Source: Candidatus Xenobia bacterium (GTDB lineage: Bacteria; Vulcanimicrobiota; Xenobia; Xenobiales; QWHO01). Taken from it: a stretch of DNA of 59,734 nt. The position numbers were made by a program, and so were the translations under genes. This document shows, piece by piece, positions 9,314 to 19,036 of this stretch (its first letter is position 1; every line of letters begins with the position of its first letter). The DNA lies in contig BTUM01000048.1 of the NCBI GenBank assembly GCA_045863235.1, positions 1 through 59,734 on the forward strand, written 5' to 3'. A model generated the notes under the pieces. That model saw nothing but the letters and a program-made list of their open reading frames with translations, ran no database searches and was not told the origin of the DNA.

Positions 9314-11974
9314 TTACTGCCAGTCGCCGATCAGCTCGAAGGCGGCCCATTGGAACGGGGTGGAGCCGGGCTGACGAATCAGCTTGATTTGCGCCAGACG
9401 CAGGGCTTCGGCCTTGCTCTTTCCGGCCAGCAGCTGGGTGTAGAACTCCACCATGAGCTGGGCGGTGGCGCTGTCGCTTACCTTCCAGAGGCTGGCCAGA
9501 ATGCTGCGGCTGCCGGCGATGCTGAAGGCCTGGGCCATGGTGGCCACATCGTTGCCCGAGAGTGGGTCGCGCTGGCCCAGGTTGGTCTGGCATGCTGACA
9601 GCGTGACCAGCGACACGCCCTGGAAATCGAGCCCGTAGATCTCGCCGTTGGTCAGCTTGTTGTCGGCCCCGGCCAGCACAAGGTAGCTCTCGTTGACGTC
9701 ACGAGAGTTCAAGACGCCGTGGGTAGCCAGGTGGACCACGGCCACCCGACCGGGAGCGCTGAGCCGTTCCCGGGTCGCCTGGTCTTCGTAATAGGTGGCC
9801 TTCTGGGCAAAGAGAGGTGCCAGGCCCTCAACTTCCTGGCGAGCTCCGGGCAGGCTGCGGTCGGGATTGGCCAGGGCCAGCAGGCTGCCCGGCTTGCTGG
9901 CGGCACTCTGGACAGCCAGGTTGAGGATTTCGGCCGAGGTGGCGACCACCACCGCTTTGCGCTCGACCAGAAAGCCCTCCTGATTCTTCAGGGCGGCAAA
10001 GGGAAGGTAGAAAAGCGAGCCGTTGGGCACCACGACCAGGGTTGACTTGTCAGCCAGGTCTTGCTCGAGCGGCCCGATCAGGGTCTGATAGAGCTCCGCA
10101 AGGGGGGTCAGGTCGCCCTGCTCGATGAGGGCGGTGCGAGCGCGACGCACGCCTTGCTCGAGCTCCTGGCGACCGACCGGAGACTGATAGATCTTCAGGT
10201 CACGGGCGGTGGCCACGAAGAGGGTCAACTCCTTCTCGCCGGGAGCATACTGCACCAGCAAGGAGTCGGTCGGTAGGCGGGCCTGCAACGAGGCGAAACT
10301 GGCCGGCTTGACGCTGACCAGGCGCTCGAGCTCGGGGTCGTTAGCGCGCAGGGTGTTGATGGCCCGATAGAACTCGGCCTTGTTGTTGGCCAGCCTGGTC
10401 TGCAGCTGTGCCACTCGGGGCCGGTCGCCCTGAGCCTCGGCGGCCCGCAGTTCGGCCAGGATCTCCTCACCCCGGGTGCGGCTCTGCTCGATCTCGCGCA
10501 GCGCCCTGTCGGCCTTCGGGTCACGGCTCTTGACGCGGGACAGATCCAGGCCGGAGACCTGGCTCTGGCTGCTCGTCTGGGCGATGACCTCCATGGCCTG
10601 GGCTCGCTTGCCTTGCTTGAGCAGCACCTGGACCAGGGTGTCAACGAAGAGCCGGGTCTCAGGCTTGGCCAGCAACTCCTGCTTGCCCCGAAAGCTGGCC
10701 CCGGACTCGGCCAGCCAGCTGCTCACTTCTTGCAGGGACCGCTGAAGCAGCGTCTCGGCCTGGGGAAGACGGCCCCGCTCGGCTTCCAGACAGCCCAGGA
10801 AGCCGGTGGCCCAGAACCGTCCCGCCGGGTAGGGCAGCTTCTCGGTCAGCTCTTCGGCCTTGCGCAGAGACTGCTCGACGCGGGCTCGGTCCATTTGCAC
10901 GCTCGGGGTCAGGAAGGCATGGTAGCCGACCTCCACCAGCACATCGATCTCGTCCACCGGATTGCGGGCTCGGGCGAAGTCGGCGGCGGCCCGCTCGAAC
11001 TCGCTCAGGGCCCGGGGCACCTGGCCGTGCAACAGGTGGTAGCGAGCCATCCCCCGGTGGTGCTGTCCGCGAATCTGCTCCTGACCCAGAAAGACGACCG
11101 AGGCGGGAAACTTCTTCAACTCACCATCAATGGCGTCGAGCAGGCGCTGGTCCTCGTCGATCCAGGCCTCCACGCCGGGTAGCAGGGCGAAGTGGTTGGC
11201 CCGCTCGGTGCGCAGGCGCAGGCTCAAGTAGAGGAACTCGGGCTCCATCCCGTTGGAGGCCTGGTATGCCTGGTCGGCGAGCAAGATGGCCTGGGAGAAA
11301 ATTCCCACCGACAGCCCGGCCCAGGCATCGCGCGAGGGAATGCGTCCCTCGCGGTGGTCGAAGAAGCTGAACTCCCAGGCCTGCCAGCCCCAGAGGAAAG
11401 TCCACTGGCCGGCCCGGGTGATGTCCAGGGGCCAGTAAGGGTCTGTTGCCGTGGGAGCGGCTTTCTTGGTCGTCTCGAGCGTTCGCTGGCAGGCCCGAGC
11501 ATACTCGTCAGGGGTGGGAGCGCCCTCACGGTCGAGGCGAGCCTGAAACTCGAAGCTCTCGCACTCGGACAGGGCCAGGGCGGCCCCGGCGCTATTTCGT
11601 TGGGAAGCGAGCTCGCGGGCGCGGCTGAAGGCCCGGGTGGCCCGGGCCAGGTTGGCGGTGCGGTAGGCGACCGCCCCCTCGATGAGGTGGACGCGGAGCT
11701 CGATCTCGGGCTCAAGGGGTTCCTCTTTCTTGAGCTCGTCGGCCAGTTGAAAGACCACCCCTACGTCGTTTCGAAGCTGGGCCACGGCCAGGCGCCGAAG
11801 CTGGAGCAGGCGCCGTTCGGCCGGGTCCCGAGTCTGCAGCAGGGCCTCGCGATAGCGCCGGTCTGCCTCGTCATAGGCGCCCATCTTGGCCAGCAGGTCG
11901 GCCTCAACCGGGACGGGCCGGGCCGGGAGGGCGAGCAGGCAGAGCAGGGTCAGCATGAGACTCAGAGCACGCAC
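9314..11974 (-). CDS. CHAT-domain (caspase-like) protein with TPR-like region and signal peptide
   Basis: VHLATHG and LVTLSACQT catalytic motifs, ASLWKVSD, PFQWAAF; hydrophobic N-terminus. Confidence 0.92.
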   Translation of the reverse strand: MRALSLMLTLLCLLALPARPVPVEADLLAKMGAYDEADRRYREALLQTRDPAERRLLQLRRLAVAQLRNDVGVVFQLADELKKEEPLEPEIELRVHLIEGAVAYRTANLARATRAFSRARELASQRNSAGAALALSECESFEFQARLDREGAPTPDEYARACQRTLETTKKAAPTATDPYWPLDITRAGQWTFLWGWQAWEFSFFDHREGRIPSRDAWAGLSVGIFSQAILLADQAYQASNGMEPEFLYLSLRLRTERANHFALLPGVEAWIDEDQRLLDAIDGELKKFPASVVFLGQEQIRGQHHRGMARYHLLHGQVPRALSEFERAAADFARARNPVDEIDVLVEVGYHAFLTPSVQMDRARVEQSLRKAEELTEKLPYPAGRFWATGFLGCLEAERGRLPQAETLLQRSLQEVSSWLAESGASFRGKQELLAKPETRLFVDTLVQVLLKQGKRAQAMEVIAQTSSQSQVSGLDLSRVKSRDPKADRALREIEQSRTRGEEILAELRAAEAQGDRPRVAQLQTRLANNKAEFYRAINTLRANDPELERLVSVKPASFASLQARLPTDSLLVQYAPGEKELTLFVATARDLKIYQSPVGRQELEQGVRRARTALIEQGDLTPLAELYQTLIGPLEQDLADKSTLVVVPNGSLFYLPFAALKNQEGFLVERKAVVVATSAEILNLAVQSAASKPGSLLALANPDRSLPGARQEVEGLAPLFAQKATYYEDQATRERLSAPGRVAVVHLATHGVLNSRDVNESYLVLAGADNKLTNGEIYGLDFQGVSLVTLSACQTNLGQRDPLSGNDVATMAQAFSIAGSRSILASLWKVSDSATAQLMVEFYTQLLAGKSKAEALRLAQIKLIRQPGSTPFQWAAFELIGDWQ

Positions 11975-12054
11975 TGAAGGGTCGGTTTCCCCGCTGGCCG
12001 GGACGGGGCCTGCTCTTCAGTGCCTGTCCGTGGACCGGCCTGACATGGGCTGGA

Positions 12055-12506
12055 AACTGGGCGCCCCTATCAGGGGTGGCGTGGATTGTAAGCCGGGCGC
12101 CTCTCGGGCGTGGCCATGGACTTCACTGAACTGGGCGCCCCTCTCGGGAGTGGCCGTGGACTGTGAACTGGGCGCCCCTCTCGGCGTGGCCGTGGACTTC
12201 ACTGAACTGGGCGCCCCTCTCGGGCGTGGCCGCGGACTGCACTGAACTGGGCGCCCCTCTCGGGAGTGGCCGTGGACTGTGAACTGGGCGCCCCTCTCGG
12301 CGTGGCCGTGGACTTCACTGAACTGGGCGCCCCTCTCGGGAGTGGCCGTGGACTGTGAACTGGGCGCCCCTCTCGGCGTGGCCGTGGACTTCACTGAACT
12401 GGGCGCCCCTCTCGGGCGTGGCCGCGGACTGCACTGAACTGGGCGCCCCTCTCGGGCGTGGCCGTGGACTGCACTGAACTGGGCGCCCTCCTGAGGAGTG
12501 GCCATG
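12055..12506. repeat. Intergenic tandem array, about 12 units of 37-40 bp
   Basis: AACTGGGCGCCCCTCTCGG(G)(A/C)GTGGCCG(T/C)GGACT.. starts at 12129, 12166, 12205, 12245, 12282, 12321, 12358, 12397, 12437 and 12477, plus two degenerate units upstream. Confidence 0.95.
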
Positions 12507-12576
12507 AACCGCCCCGTACAGGGAGGAGGGCTGCGCTGAGTGGGCCCTTTCGGTGCTGGGTGCCCTGTGGGAGGCC

Positions 12577-13098
12577 TTACCGGGAGAAGCCGCGCCAGGC
12601 AATTTCCATGCTCTCCCAGTAGAGCTTCTCGAACTGGGCGGCCGTGCTGAAAGGGCGGTGCGCCTCGAGCAGGTCGTACTGGCCCAGGTAGACCCAATCC
12701 CACAAGATGGCGTTGTGGCAGAGCATGCGCGTCTGAACCCGGCGCCGCAGGGCGGCGATCTCGTGATCGTCGAATCCGCAGAGGTGCAGGCGCTCGAGGC
12801 AGGCGGCCTGCCATTCGGGCGAGTGCTGGGTATCCAAGAAAGGCTCGAGTAGCAAGGACCAGACGTCCTCGGGAGCGACCGGGGCGACTGCGTGGCCCTG
12901 GCACCAGCTTTCAAGTTCGGCCTTCTGGCTGGCAGGCACGAACATGATCTCCCGGCTGCACAGAACCAGGCTGGGAGGGTTCGTGGTGGGCCAGAATCCC
13001 AGCAGGTCTGTGGGACCCAACGTGCGGCGGCGGCCGGGGGCGAAGGGATAGCGATGGAAGCGGATCTGACCGGGCTCGCAGTCGACCTGGTAACTCAC
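12577..13098 (-). CDS. Hypothetical protein
   Basis: 173-aa ORF with globular-looking, aromatic-containing sequence. Confidence 0.7.
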   Translation of the reverse strand: MSYQVDCEPGQIRFHRYPFAPGRRRTLGPTDLLGFWPTTNPPSLVLCSREIMFVPASQKAELESWCQGHAVAPVAPEDVWSLLLEPFLDTQHSPEWQAACLERLHLCGFDDHEIAALRRRVQTRMLCHNAILWDWVYLGQYDLLEAHRPFSTAAQFEKLYWESMEIAWRGFSR

Positions 13099-13352
13099 CC
13101 GATAGGTTTAGGCGCCTCAGGTCCGGGTCCCTGGCCTCGCTGCGCGACCGAACTGCGACCGGAACGCCGCCCCGAGCAGGCACCTGCAACGACGTCAGTG
13201 TTCATTGGGCGAGGTGACTTCTGGCCCCGCCGGCCGAGCAGGCCAATGACAAGTCCGACCGGACAGGGAGAGCAGCCCGGCGGCGCCGTTCAACAGATTC
13301 CTCTGACGGGAGCAGGCAGGCACGTGCCAGCCATGGGGTCGAATCGGTCAGG

Positions 13353-13616
13353 ATGAGCCAGCCCGTTGACGACGAGATCAGCGTGCAGGGGATCAGACCC
13401 GGGCAAACCCGCTCGGATGTTCTCAGCCTTCTGGGGCCGCCGCTGGGAGACGGGCTCCCGGGCGAGCTGCCCCGTGTTCTCCGTCCTAACCGGGAGAGTG
13501 CACCGGTGTGGCGTTACGAAGGGTTGGCCGTGTTCTTCGACCAGGACACGGTTCTGGCAGGTTCTGGGCAGCCGCTTGCCGAGCAACCGACCCATCACCC
13601 AGAACGCGCTGGATGA
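13353..13616 (+). CDS. Small hypothetical protein (BamE/SmpA-like motif)
   Basis: IRPGQTRSDVLSLLGPP...WRYEGLAVFF pattern. Confidence 0.5.
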   Translation: MSQPVDDEISVQGIRPGQTRSDVLSLLGPPLGDGLPGELPRVLRPNRESAPVWRYEGLAVFFDQDTVLAGSGQPLAEQPTHHPERAG

Positions 13617-13641
13617 AGGTCTCCATTCTCCAGCAGCCGGG

Positions 13642-14742
13642 GTGTTCTTCAGCCCCGAGGGCGGTTACCCCGTCCAACTTCGAAGGTCTTACTCCTGGCA
13701 GCAACCTGGCCCACCCGGCCTGGTGCGGCTGCGTCTGGCCGAAGACCTCGGGCTCACCCTGCATCGCTCGGTCTCCACGCTCTTTGACCTGGAAGCGTGC
13801 CGGGATGAGCCCCGTACCCTCGACCACCCGGCCGCCCGGCTGGAACGATTGGCCCCGGGACGATGGGGCCTGAGCTTTACCCCCCTCGGCCTCTGGTCGG
13901 CTCTGCAGGACGCGCTCGACGCAAAGGCGAGCTACGGTCAGGAGCTGGTGCAGCCGGCGGACGTGGTCGCGGAGGGGCATCCCGAGCGGCTGACGAGCCT
14001 TCTGGTCCACGCCCGGGCCCTGGCGGCGATGCAAGGTAGCCAGCTGGTGACCACCAGCGAGGTCAGCGAAGAGGCCTGCCACCACTTCCTGCAAGAGCTG
14101 GCCGTGCTCGGCCGCCTCGAGTGCGTCGGAGAGGAGTTGCTCTGGCGCCGCGAAGGGGAAATCCAGCCGGTGGTGGTGCTGGACGCCGAGGGCCGGGCCA
14201 CTTCGGCGCTGCGCCAGGCCACCCTGGAGGGTCAGGCCTTCCGCCGGGGTCGATTCCCCCGGCACCTGCACTCGTCTCAGCACCTGATTCTCTACGAGCT
14301 GAACCGTTGTTACGGGCGCAAACGCCTCGGCGTCTCGCTTCCCTCCACCGATCTGACCGGTCAGAAAGATAGCGAGGAGCTGCGCCTGCGGATGCTGCAG
14401 CGTGGCCCTCAGCCCACCGCCTACCCGGCCATCGTCCAGGCCCGCGAGGCCCTCAAGCAGTGTTGCGAGCGAGCCTGGCAGGTCGGCACCCAGAGCGACC
14501 CCGACCCCCTCGAGCGGGAGTTGCTTCTGCTGGTGGAGGACTTCCCCTACACGGTCGCTCGACTGGAGCCGCACCGGGTGGTGACCCACGCCGTGCGGGT
14601 GGCGCGAGGGCTCATCAGCTACCTGCAGAACGCCCAGCCACGTCCGCCCCTGGTGACCGGCGCCGAGCTGGTTCTGCGGCGCTGCCTGGAGCTGCTGGCC
14701 GTCACTCCAGCGAGTGAAGATAAGCCCGCGACGGGCGGCTGA
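13642..14742 (+). CDS. Degenerate arginyl-tRNA-synthetase-like protein (DALR anticodon-binding-like C-terminus)
   Basis: ERELLLLVEDFPYTVARLEPHRV...VLRRCLELLAV resembles DALR; VVLDAEGRATSALRQ resembles VLxKSDGxxTY; no HIGH motif visible. Start uncertain. Confidence 0.6.
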   Translation: MFFSPEGGYPVQLRRSYSWQQPGPPGLVRLRLAEDLGLTLHRSVSTLFDLEACRDEPRTLDHPAARLERLAPGRWGLSFTPLGLWSALQDALDAKASYGQELVQPADVVAEGHPERLTSLLVHARALAAMQGSQLVTTSEVSEEACHHFLQELAVLGRLECVGEELLWRREGEIQPVVVLDAEGRATSALRQATLEGQAFRRGRFPRHLHSSQHLILYELNRCYGRKRLGVSLPSTDLTGQKDSEELRLRMLQRGPQPTAYPAIVQAREALKQCCERAWQVGTQSDPDPLERELLLLVEDFPYTVARLEPHRVVTHAVRVARGLISYLQNAQPRPPLVTGAELVLRRCLELLAVTPASEDKPATGG

Positions 14743-15790
14743 AGTCGTAGCCGGCCTGCCAGCTCGCGGGCAGGCTCTCGCGGGGCACCTGGACAAAGCC
14801 CAGGCGCTCGAAGAACTCGGCCACATAATCTTGCACGGTCAGGGCGAAGACGGCCCTCTTGCCGTCCTGGCGGGCCTTCTCGAGGATGGCGCGGACCAGC
14901 TCGCGAGCCCGGCCCCGGGCCTGGTAGCGCGGCAGGGTGCACAGCTTGCCCAGCTCGTAGCAGTCTTCGTATGCGAGCACGGCGGCGGCGGCCACGATCT
15001 GGTCGTTGACCGAGTAGACCATGAACTGGCGCACCATCTCCAGCAGCTCTTCCTCGGTGATGGGCTTGAGGGTGCCTTCGTCGACGTAGGGCTGCATGAG
15101 GGCGAAGATGTCGCGCACGTCGGTCTCGGCGGCGGCTCGCAGCACGTTGGGATACTCACGGGTGAAGAGCGTGCCCGAGCCCGAGTGGGTGAAGACCTCC
15201 TCGAAGATGGCTCCGCGCCGAGCCTGCACCAGCACGAGATCGACCCGGTGCAGCTCCTGCTGCTCGAGCAGAAAACGCAAGCGCTCTTCGGGCAGATTGA
15301 GGGGGACGTGGTCGGCCAGGGCCTGCTCGAGCTCGGCCACGGTGGGATAGGAGCGAAAGCGGCCCGCCAGCTCGAGGCCGGCCAGCGAGCCGGGGAAGAA
15401 GACCTTTCGGGCCCCCAGGGCCACGGCGCAGTGGAGGACTGCACGCTCGAGCCCGGGCTCGGCCAGAGCCACCAGGGGCACGTTGCCGGCCGAAAGCTCG
15501 GTCTGCAGGCGGCCGATGAAGGCGGCCGTGGTGAGGTCGGCTTCCCGGGCCGGAACGATCAGGAAGCGCTCCCCGGAGCGGTTCCACAGCTTGAGCTTGC
15601 GCTCCAGGCGGGGGTCGGCGGCGCAGAAGAGCACTTGGCGGATGCGGGCGGCATTGAGCACGCGCAGGTCGAGCAAAAGCTCGTCACAGTCCTCCGAGCG
15701 CTCGAAGCAGAAGGCGAACAGGGTGTCGCGAAAGCGCTGGCAGTAGTGCAAGAGCTCGAGGGTGGACAGCATCTGGGCGTCGACGGCCAT
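14702..15790 (-). CDS. argA: Amino-acid N-acetyltransferase (N-acetylglutamate synthase), shortened kinase-like domain plus GNAT
   Basis: GAIFEEVFTHSGSGTLF, LRAAAETDVRDIFALMQPYVDEGTL, FFERLGF, YDFSRPSR match ArgA. Confidence 0.8.
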   Translation of the reverse strand: MAVDAQMLSTLELLHYCQRFRDTLFAFCFERSEDCDELLLDLRVLNAARIRQVLFCAADPRLERKLKLWNRSGERFLIVPAREADLTTAAFIGRLQTELSAGNVPLVALAEPGLERAVLHCAVALGARKVFFPGSLAGLELAGRFRSYPTVAELEQALADHVPLNLPEERLRFLLEQQELHRVDLVLVQARRGAIFEEVFTHSGSGTLFTREYPNVLRAAAETDVRDIFALMQPYVDEGTLKPITEEELLEMVRQFMVYSVNDQIVAAAAVLAYEDCYELGKLCTLPRYQARGRARELVRAILEKARQDGKRAVFALTVQDYVAEFFERLGFVQVPRESLPASWQAGYDFSRPSRAYLHSLE

Positions 15791-15888
15791 GGGGAAAGGG
15801 GGTTTGCGCCGAGCCGGCCTTCACCTGCCGGGACTGGTTTCATTGCAGGGCTCGGTTGAGCGGGTGCGCAGGAACAAATGCCTGCGCT

Positions 15889-16117
15889 GGCCGACCCGAC
15901 ACGGGGGGGCTAGATGCGCAGAAACGGCCGACACGACATGTCCCACAAGCGGGTCCTGGATGCGCAGGAACGGCCGACCCGACACGGTCCCCCACGAGCG
16001 GGTCCTGGATGCGCAAGAACGGCCGACCCGACAAGGCCCCCCCACGATCGGGTCCTGGATGCGCAGGAACGGCCGACCCGACACGTCCCCCGGAGCGGGG
16101 CCTGGATGCGCCGGAAC
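15889..16117. repeat. Tandem array of a 35-bp hairpin unit with 11-15 bp C-rich linkers
   Basis: CGGGTCCTGGATGCGCA(G/A)GAACGGCCGACCCGACA at 15950, 15999 and 16049, plus partial flanking copies. Confidence 0.9.
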
Positions 16118-16242
16118 CAGGCCATCGGTGTTGGATCGTCTGGTCGAGCCGCCCCAACGGTCCGCGGCCTTCATCGTGAAACCAGGGAAGGATTTTGCCC
16201 TCTTCCCCCAAACCCCGCTCGAGCAATCTGCAGGGAGGGCCA

Positions 16243-18573
16243 GTGGCACCAGGGCGACTTCTTCTCACACTGTTACTCATGCTGCTGGCCGGGTGCTCGG
16301 GCGGAACGCGCCCGGACGGCACGCCGGCTCCTCCGCCCGGCCCTTCGGGCACCGCCTCTCTCACACTCAAGGTGGACGTGCGGCCGCTGGCTGCCTCGCG
16401 GCGCGGGATCCCCACCACGCTCATCATCCGGGTGGTGGACGCCCAGGAGATCGAGCGCGACGTCATCGCTCCCGTTTCCATCCCACTGGGGAACGACCCG
16501 CTGGTGCTGCACACGATGACCGGCATACCGCTCGGGATGCGCGTCGTCCGGTTGCAGGTCCTCGACGACGAGCAGTCCCTGTTGGGGGGCGCCATCTCGG
16601 CCCCCCTGATGATCGTGGCCGGTCCCAACACCCCGCTCACGCTGCAGGTGCAGTTCGCCCCTCTTCTTCGCTTTCGCACCGAGCCCGGCAATACGCTGGC
16701 CAACCAGCCCTTCGCTCCGCCCGTTCAGGTCGAGCTGCTCGATCCCAGCGGCCAGCTGCTCACGACGACCCGGGATGCGGTCACTCTCAATCTGGCCAAT
16801 AACCCCGGAGGGGCCAGTCTGAGCGGCACGCTGACGGTGCAGGCGAGCAACGGCGTGGCCACTTTCCCGGGAGTAGCCCTGGATCAGCCCGGGACCGGTT
16901 ACCAGCTGCAGGCTTCGGCCGCCGGTTTTGGCTCCGCCCGCAGCCAGTCGTTCGATGTGGCCGCCACTGTGGGTCCGCCGGCCCGGCTGGTCTTTTTCAC
17001 TCAGCCCCCGGCCGCTCTGGCCGGCCAGGCTCTCGCCCCCCCGATCCAGGTGGTGGTGCAGGACGCAGCCGGAGTCACGGTGCCCTCCGCCTCCGACCCG
17101 GTCGTGGTGTCGCTCGGCTCCAATCCGGGCGCAACCGTGCTCAACGGCACCCTGAGCGTCCAGCCGGTCAACGGCGCCGCCACCTTTTCCGACCTGCACC
17201 TCAATGTGCCCGGAACGGGCTATACCCTGGTGGCCTCTTCGGCCGCGCTCCCCGCGGTGACAAGTAGCCCGTTCAACATCACCACCGTCGCCTCCCAACT
17301 GGTCTTTGGCACCCAGCCCTCCAACGGTCAGGCCCGCGAGATCATGACCCCCCTGACCGTGGAGGTGCAGGATGTCTTCGGCAACGTGGTGCCCGGAGCC
17401 AGCGACACGATCACGTTGACCCTCAACAGCCCGGCTCCCCCCACCCTGAGCGGCACCACCACCGTGAACGCAGTGAACGGAGTGGCCAGCTTCAACGACC
17501 TGGTGGTCAGCATGTCGGGCGCCGGCTACACCCTGCAGGCGACCGCGCCGGGGCTGACGACGGCCCTGAGCGCACCCTTCGATCAGAGCTTTCCCCGCGG
17601 ATACCTCTTGCCCATCGCCGGCTTGCCACTGGGCGGACTCACCTCACCGGCGCGAGGCGCCATGAGCCAGAACGGGGATTTCCTCTACATCGGGGAGTTC
17701 AATACTCCCGGCCGTGTGGTGGGGTATTCCGTGAATGCGGTGAGCGGAGCGCTGGCCGTGCTCGGAACCTCTCCCTTCGGGACCCTGGGGGACCTGGTGG
17801 GCGGGGTGGCCGTGACTCCCGACGATTCCCAGGTCGTGGTCACGAACGCGGCCACCGGGAACGTCGTCCACCTGGCCCTGGACAACACCACCGGCGCTCT
17901 GAGCGGAGGCACCGCCGCCATTACCGACCCCCAACCCCTGGGAGTGGTGGTCCGTCCCGGAACGCCCCAGTACGCCTACGTGATGAGCAACTTCTCCGCC
18001 AGCGTGACCGGCTTCGATCTGACCACCATGCTGACGGTGCCAGGCTCGGGATTCATCACGGCGCCTGGCATTACCCAGACCGCAGTGCTCCACCCCAACA
18101 ACAACTTCCTGTTCGTGACCTCGGGGGATGTCCTGGCGATCAACCCGGTGAACGGCGGCATAAGTCCTGTCCTCGGCTCGCCCTTTGCGACCGCCAGCGG
18201 CCGCTCCCAGGCTCTCGATCCCACGGGTTCGTTTCTCTACACGACGCAGGTCAACCAGATCGCGGTCCACTCGGTCAACCCCGCCAGCGGGGCGCTGAAC
18301 CCCATTCCCGGCTCCCCCTTTCCCGTGCCGGGCGATCTGACCTCGGCCCGCATCGTGCTGAACGGGGAGTTTCTCTACACCTACGTGGTGGGCAGCAGCG
18401 ACATCCTCATCTTTGCGCTGGATCCGGTGACGGGGGTCCCCACGGCCATCGACGACAGCCCTGTGACAGCCGGAAACGTCGCCTTCGAGCTCATCACCGA
18501 TCCGCTGGGGCGCTTTCTCTACGCCGCCGACAACGCGGCCGGACAGGTCTTCGGGTTCAGCATCGTGCCCTGA
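16243..18573 (+). CDS. Lipoprotein with repeated Ig-like domains and a C-terminal lactonase-type beta-propeller
   Basis: Lipobox LLAGC after GGGAGG SD; three repeats of F..QP...V...D..G....NGVATF..L...G.GY.L; DPTGSFLY/DPLGRFLY blades. Confidence 0.85.
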   Translation: MAPGRLLLTLLLMLLAGCSGGTRPDGTPAPPPGPSGTASLTLKVDVRPLAASRRGIPTTLIIRVVDAQEIERDVIAPVSIPLGNDPLVLHTMTGIPLGMRVVRLQVLDDEQSLLGGAISAPLMIVAGPNTPLTLQVQFAPLLRFRTEPGNTLANQPFAPPVQVELLDPSGQLLTTTRDAVTLNLANNPGGASLSGTLTVQASNGVATFPGVALDQPGTGYQLQASAAGFGSARSQSFDVAATVGPPARLVFFTQPPAALAGQALAPPIQVVVQDAAGVTVPSASDPVVVSLGSNPGATVLNGTLSVQPVNGAATFSDLHLNVPGTGYTLVASSAALPAVTSSPFNITTVASQLVFGTQPSNGQAREIMTPLTVEVQDVFGNVVPGASDTITLTLNSPAPPTLSGTTTVNAVNGVASFNDLVVSMSGAGYTLQATAPGLTTALSAPFDQSFPRGYLLPIAGLPLGGLTSPARGAMSQNGDFLYIGEFNTPGRVVGYSVNAVSGALAVLGTSPFGTLGDLVGGVAVTPDDSQVVVTNAATGNVVHLALDNTTGALSGGTAAITDPQPLGVVVRPGTPQYAYVMSNFSASVTGFDLTTMLTVPGSGFITAPGITQTAVLHPNNNFLFVTSGDVLAINPVNGGISPVLGSPFATASGRSQALDPTGSFLYTTQVNQIAVHSVNPASGALNPIPGSPFPVPGDLTSARIVLNGEFLYTYVVGSSDILIFALDPVTGVPTAIDDSPVTAGNVAFELITDPLGRFLYAADNAAGQVFGFSIVP

Positions 18574-18691
18574 TTCGGGTGGGACCTGCACCTACGGGCC
18601 TGAGCCATGAAAGAAGGCGCCCCGGGGAAGCGGGGCGCCCAATTGGGACGAAGACCCGGGCCGACCGCGGGAAGAGCGGCCGGTTCCGAGC

Positions 18692-19036
18692 CTATTCCTC
18701 AGCCTTCTCCTCGGCAGCCTCTTCAGCTGCGGCCTCCTCGGCTGCGGGCTCCTCGGCGGCGGCTTCCTCGGCAGCGGGCTCCTCGGCGACGGCTTCCTCG
18801 GCAGCGGGCTCCTCGGCGGCGGCTTCCTCGGCCGCAGGCTCCTCGGCGGCAGCTTCCTCGGCAGCGGGCTCCTCGGCGGCGGCCTCCTCGGCAGCGGGCT
18901 CCTCGGCGGCGGCCTCCTCGGCAGCAGGCTCTTCAGCGGCTGCCTCCTCGGCAGCAGGCTCCTGGGTCTCTTCGGTAGCGGTCTCCTCGGCGGCAGCTTC
19001 GGTCGCTTCCGGGGTGGTTTCGGTCTCGTCGGACAT
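18692..19036 (-). CDS. Highly acidic low-complexity protein (EEPAAEEAAA repeats)
   Basis: AAGGAG SD before ATG 19036; about eight 30-bp repeats with synonymous third-position variation. Confidence 0.75.
   Translation of the reverse strand: MSDETETTPEATEAAAEETATEETQEPAAEEAAAEEPAAEEAAAEEPAAEEAAAEEPAAEEAAAEEPAAEEAAAEEPAAEEAVAEEPAAEEAAAEEPAAEEAAAEEAAEEKAEE

Noticed and set aside
12055..12506. CRISPR array
   Set aside because: Units abut with no unique spacers, and there are no cas genes in the window.
12017..12914. ORFs running through the tandem arrays (also 15762-16802 and the 5' parts of 39355-40182 and 44018-45649)
   Set aside because: Repeat units are mostly not multiples of three and the translations cycle through frames, so they are likely noncoding.
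15889..16117. CRISPR mini-array
   Set aside because: Linkers are only 11-15 bp and related to each other; no cas genes.
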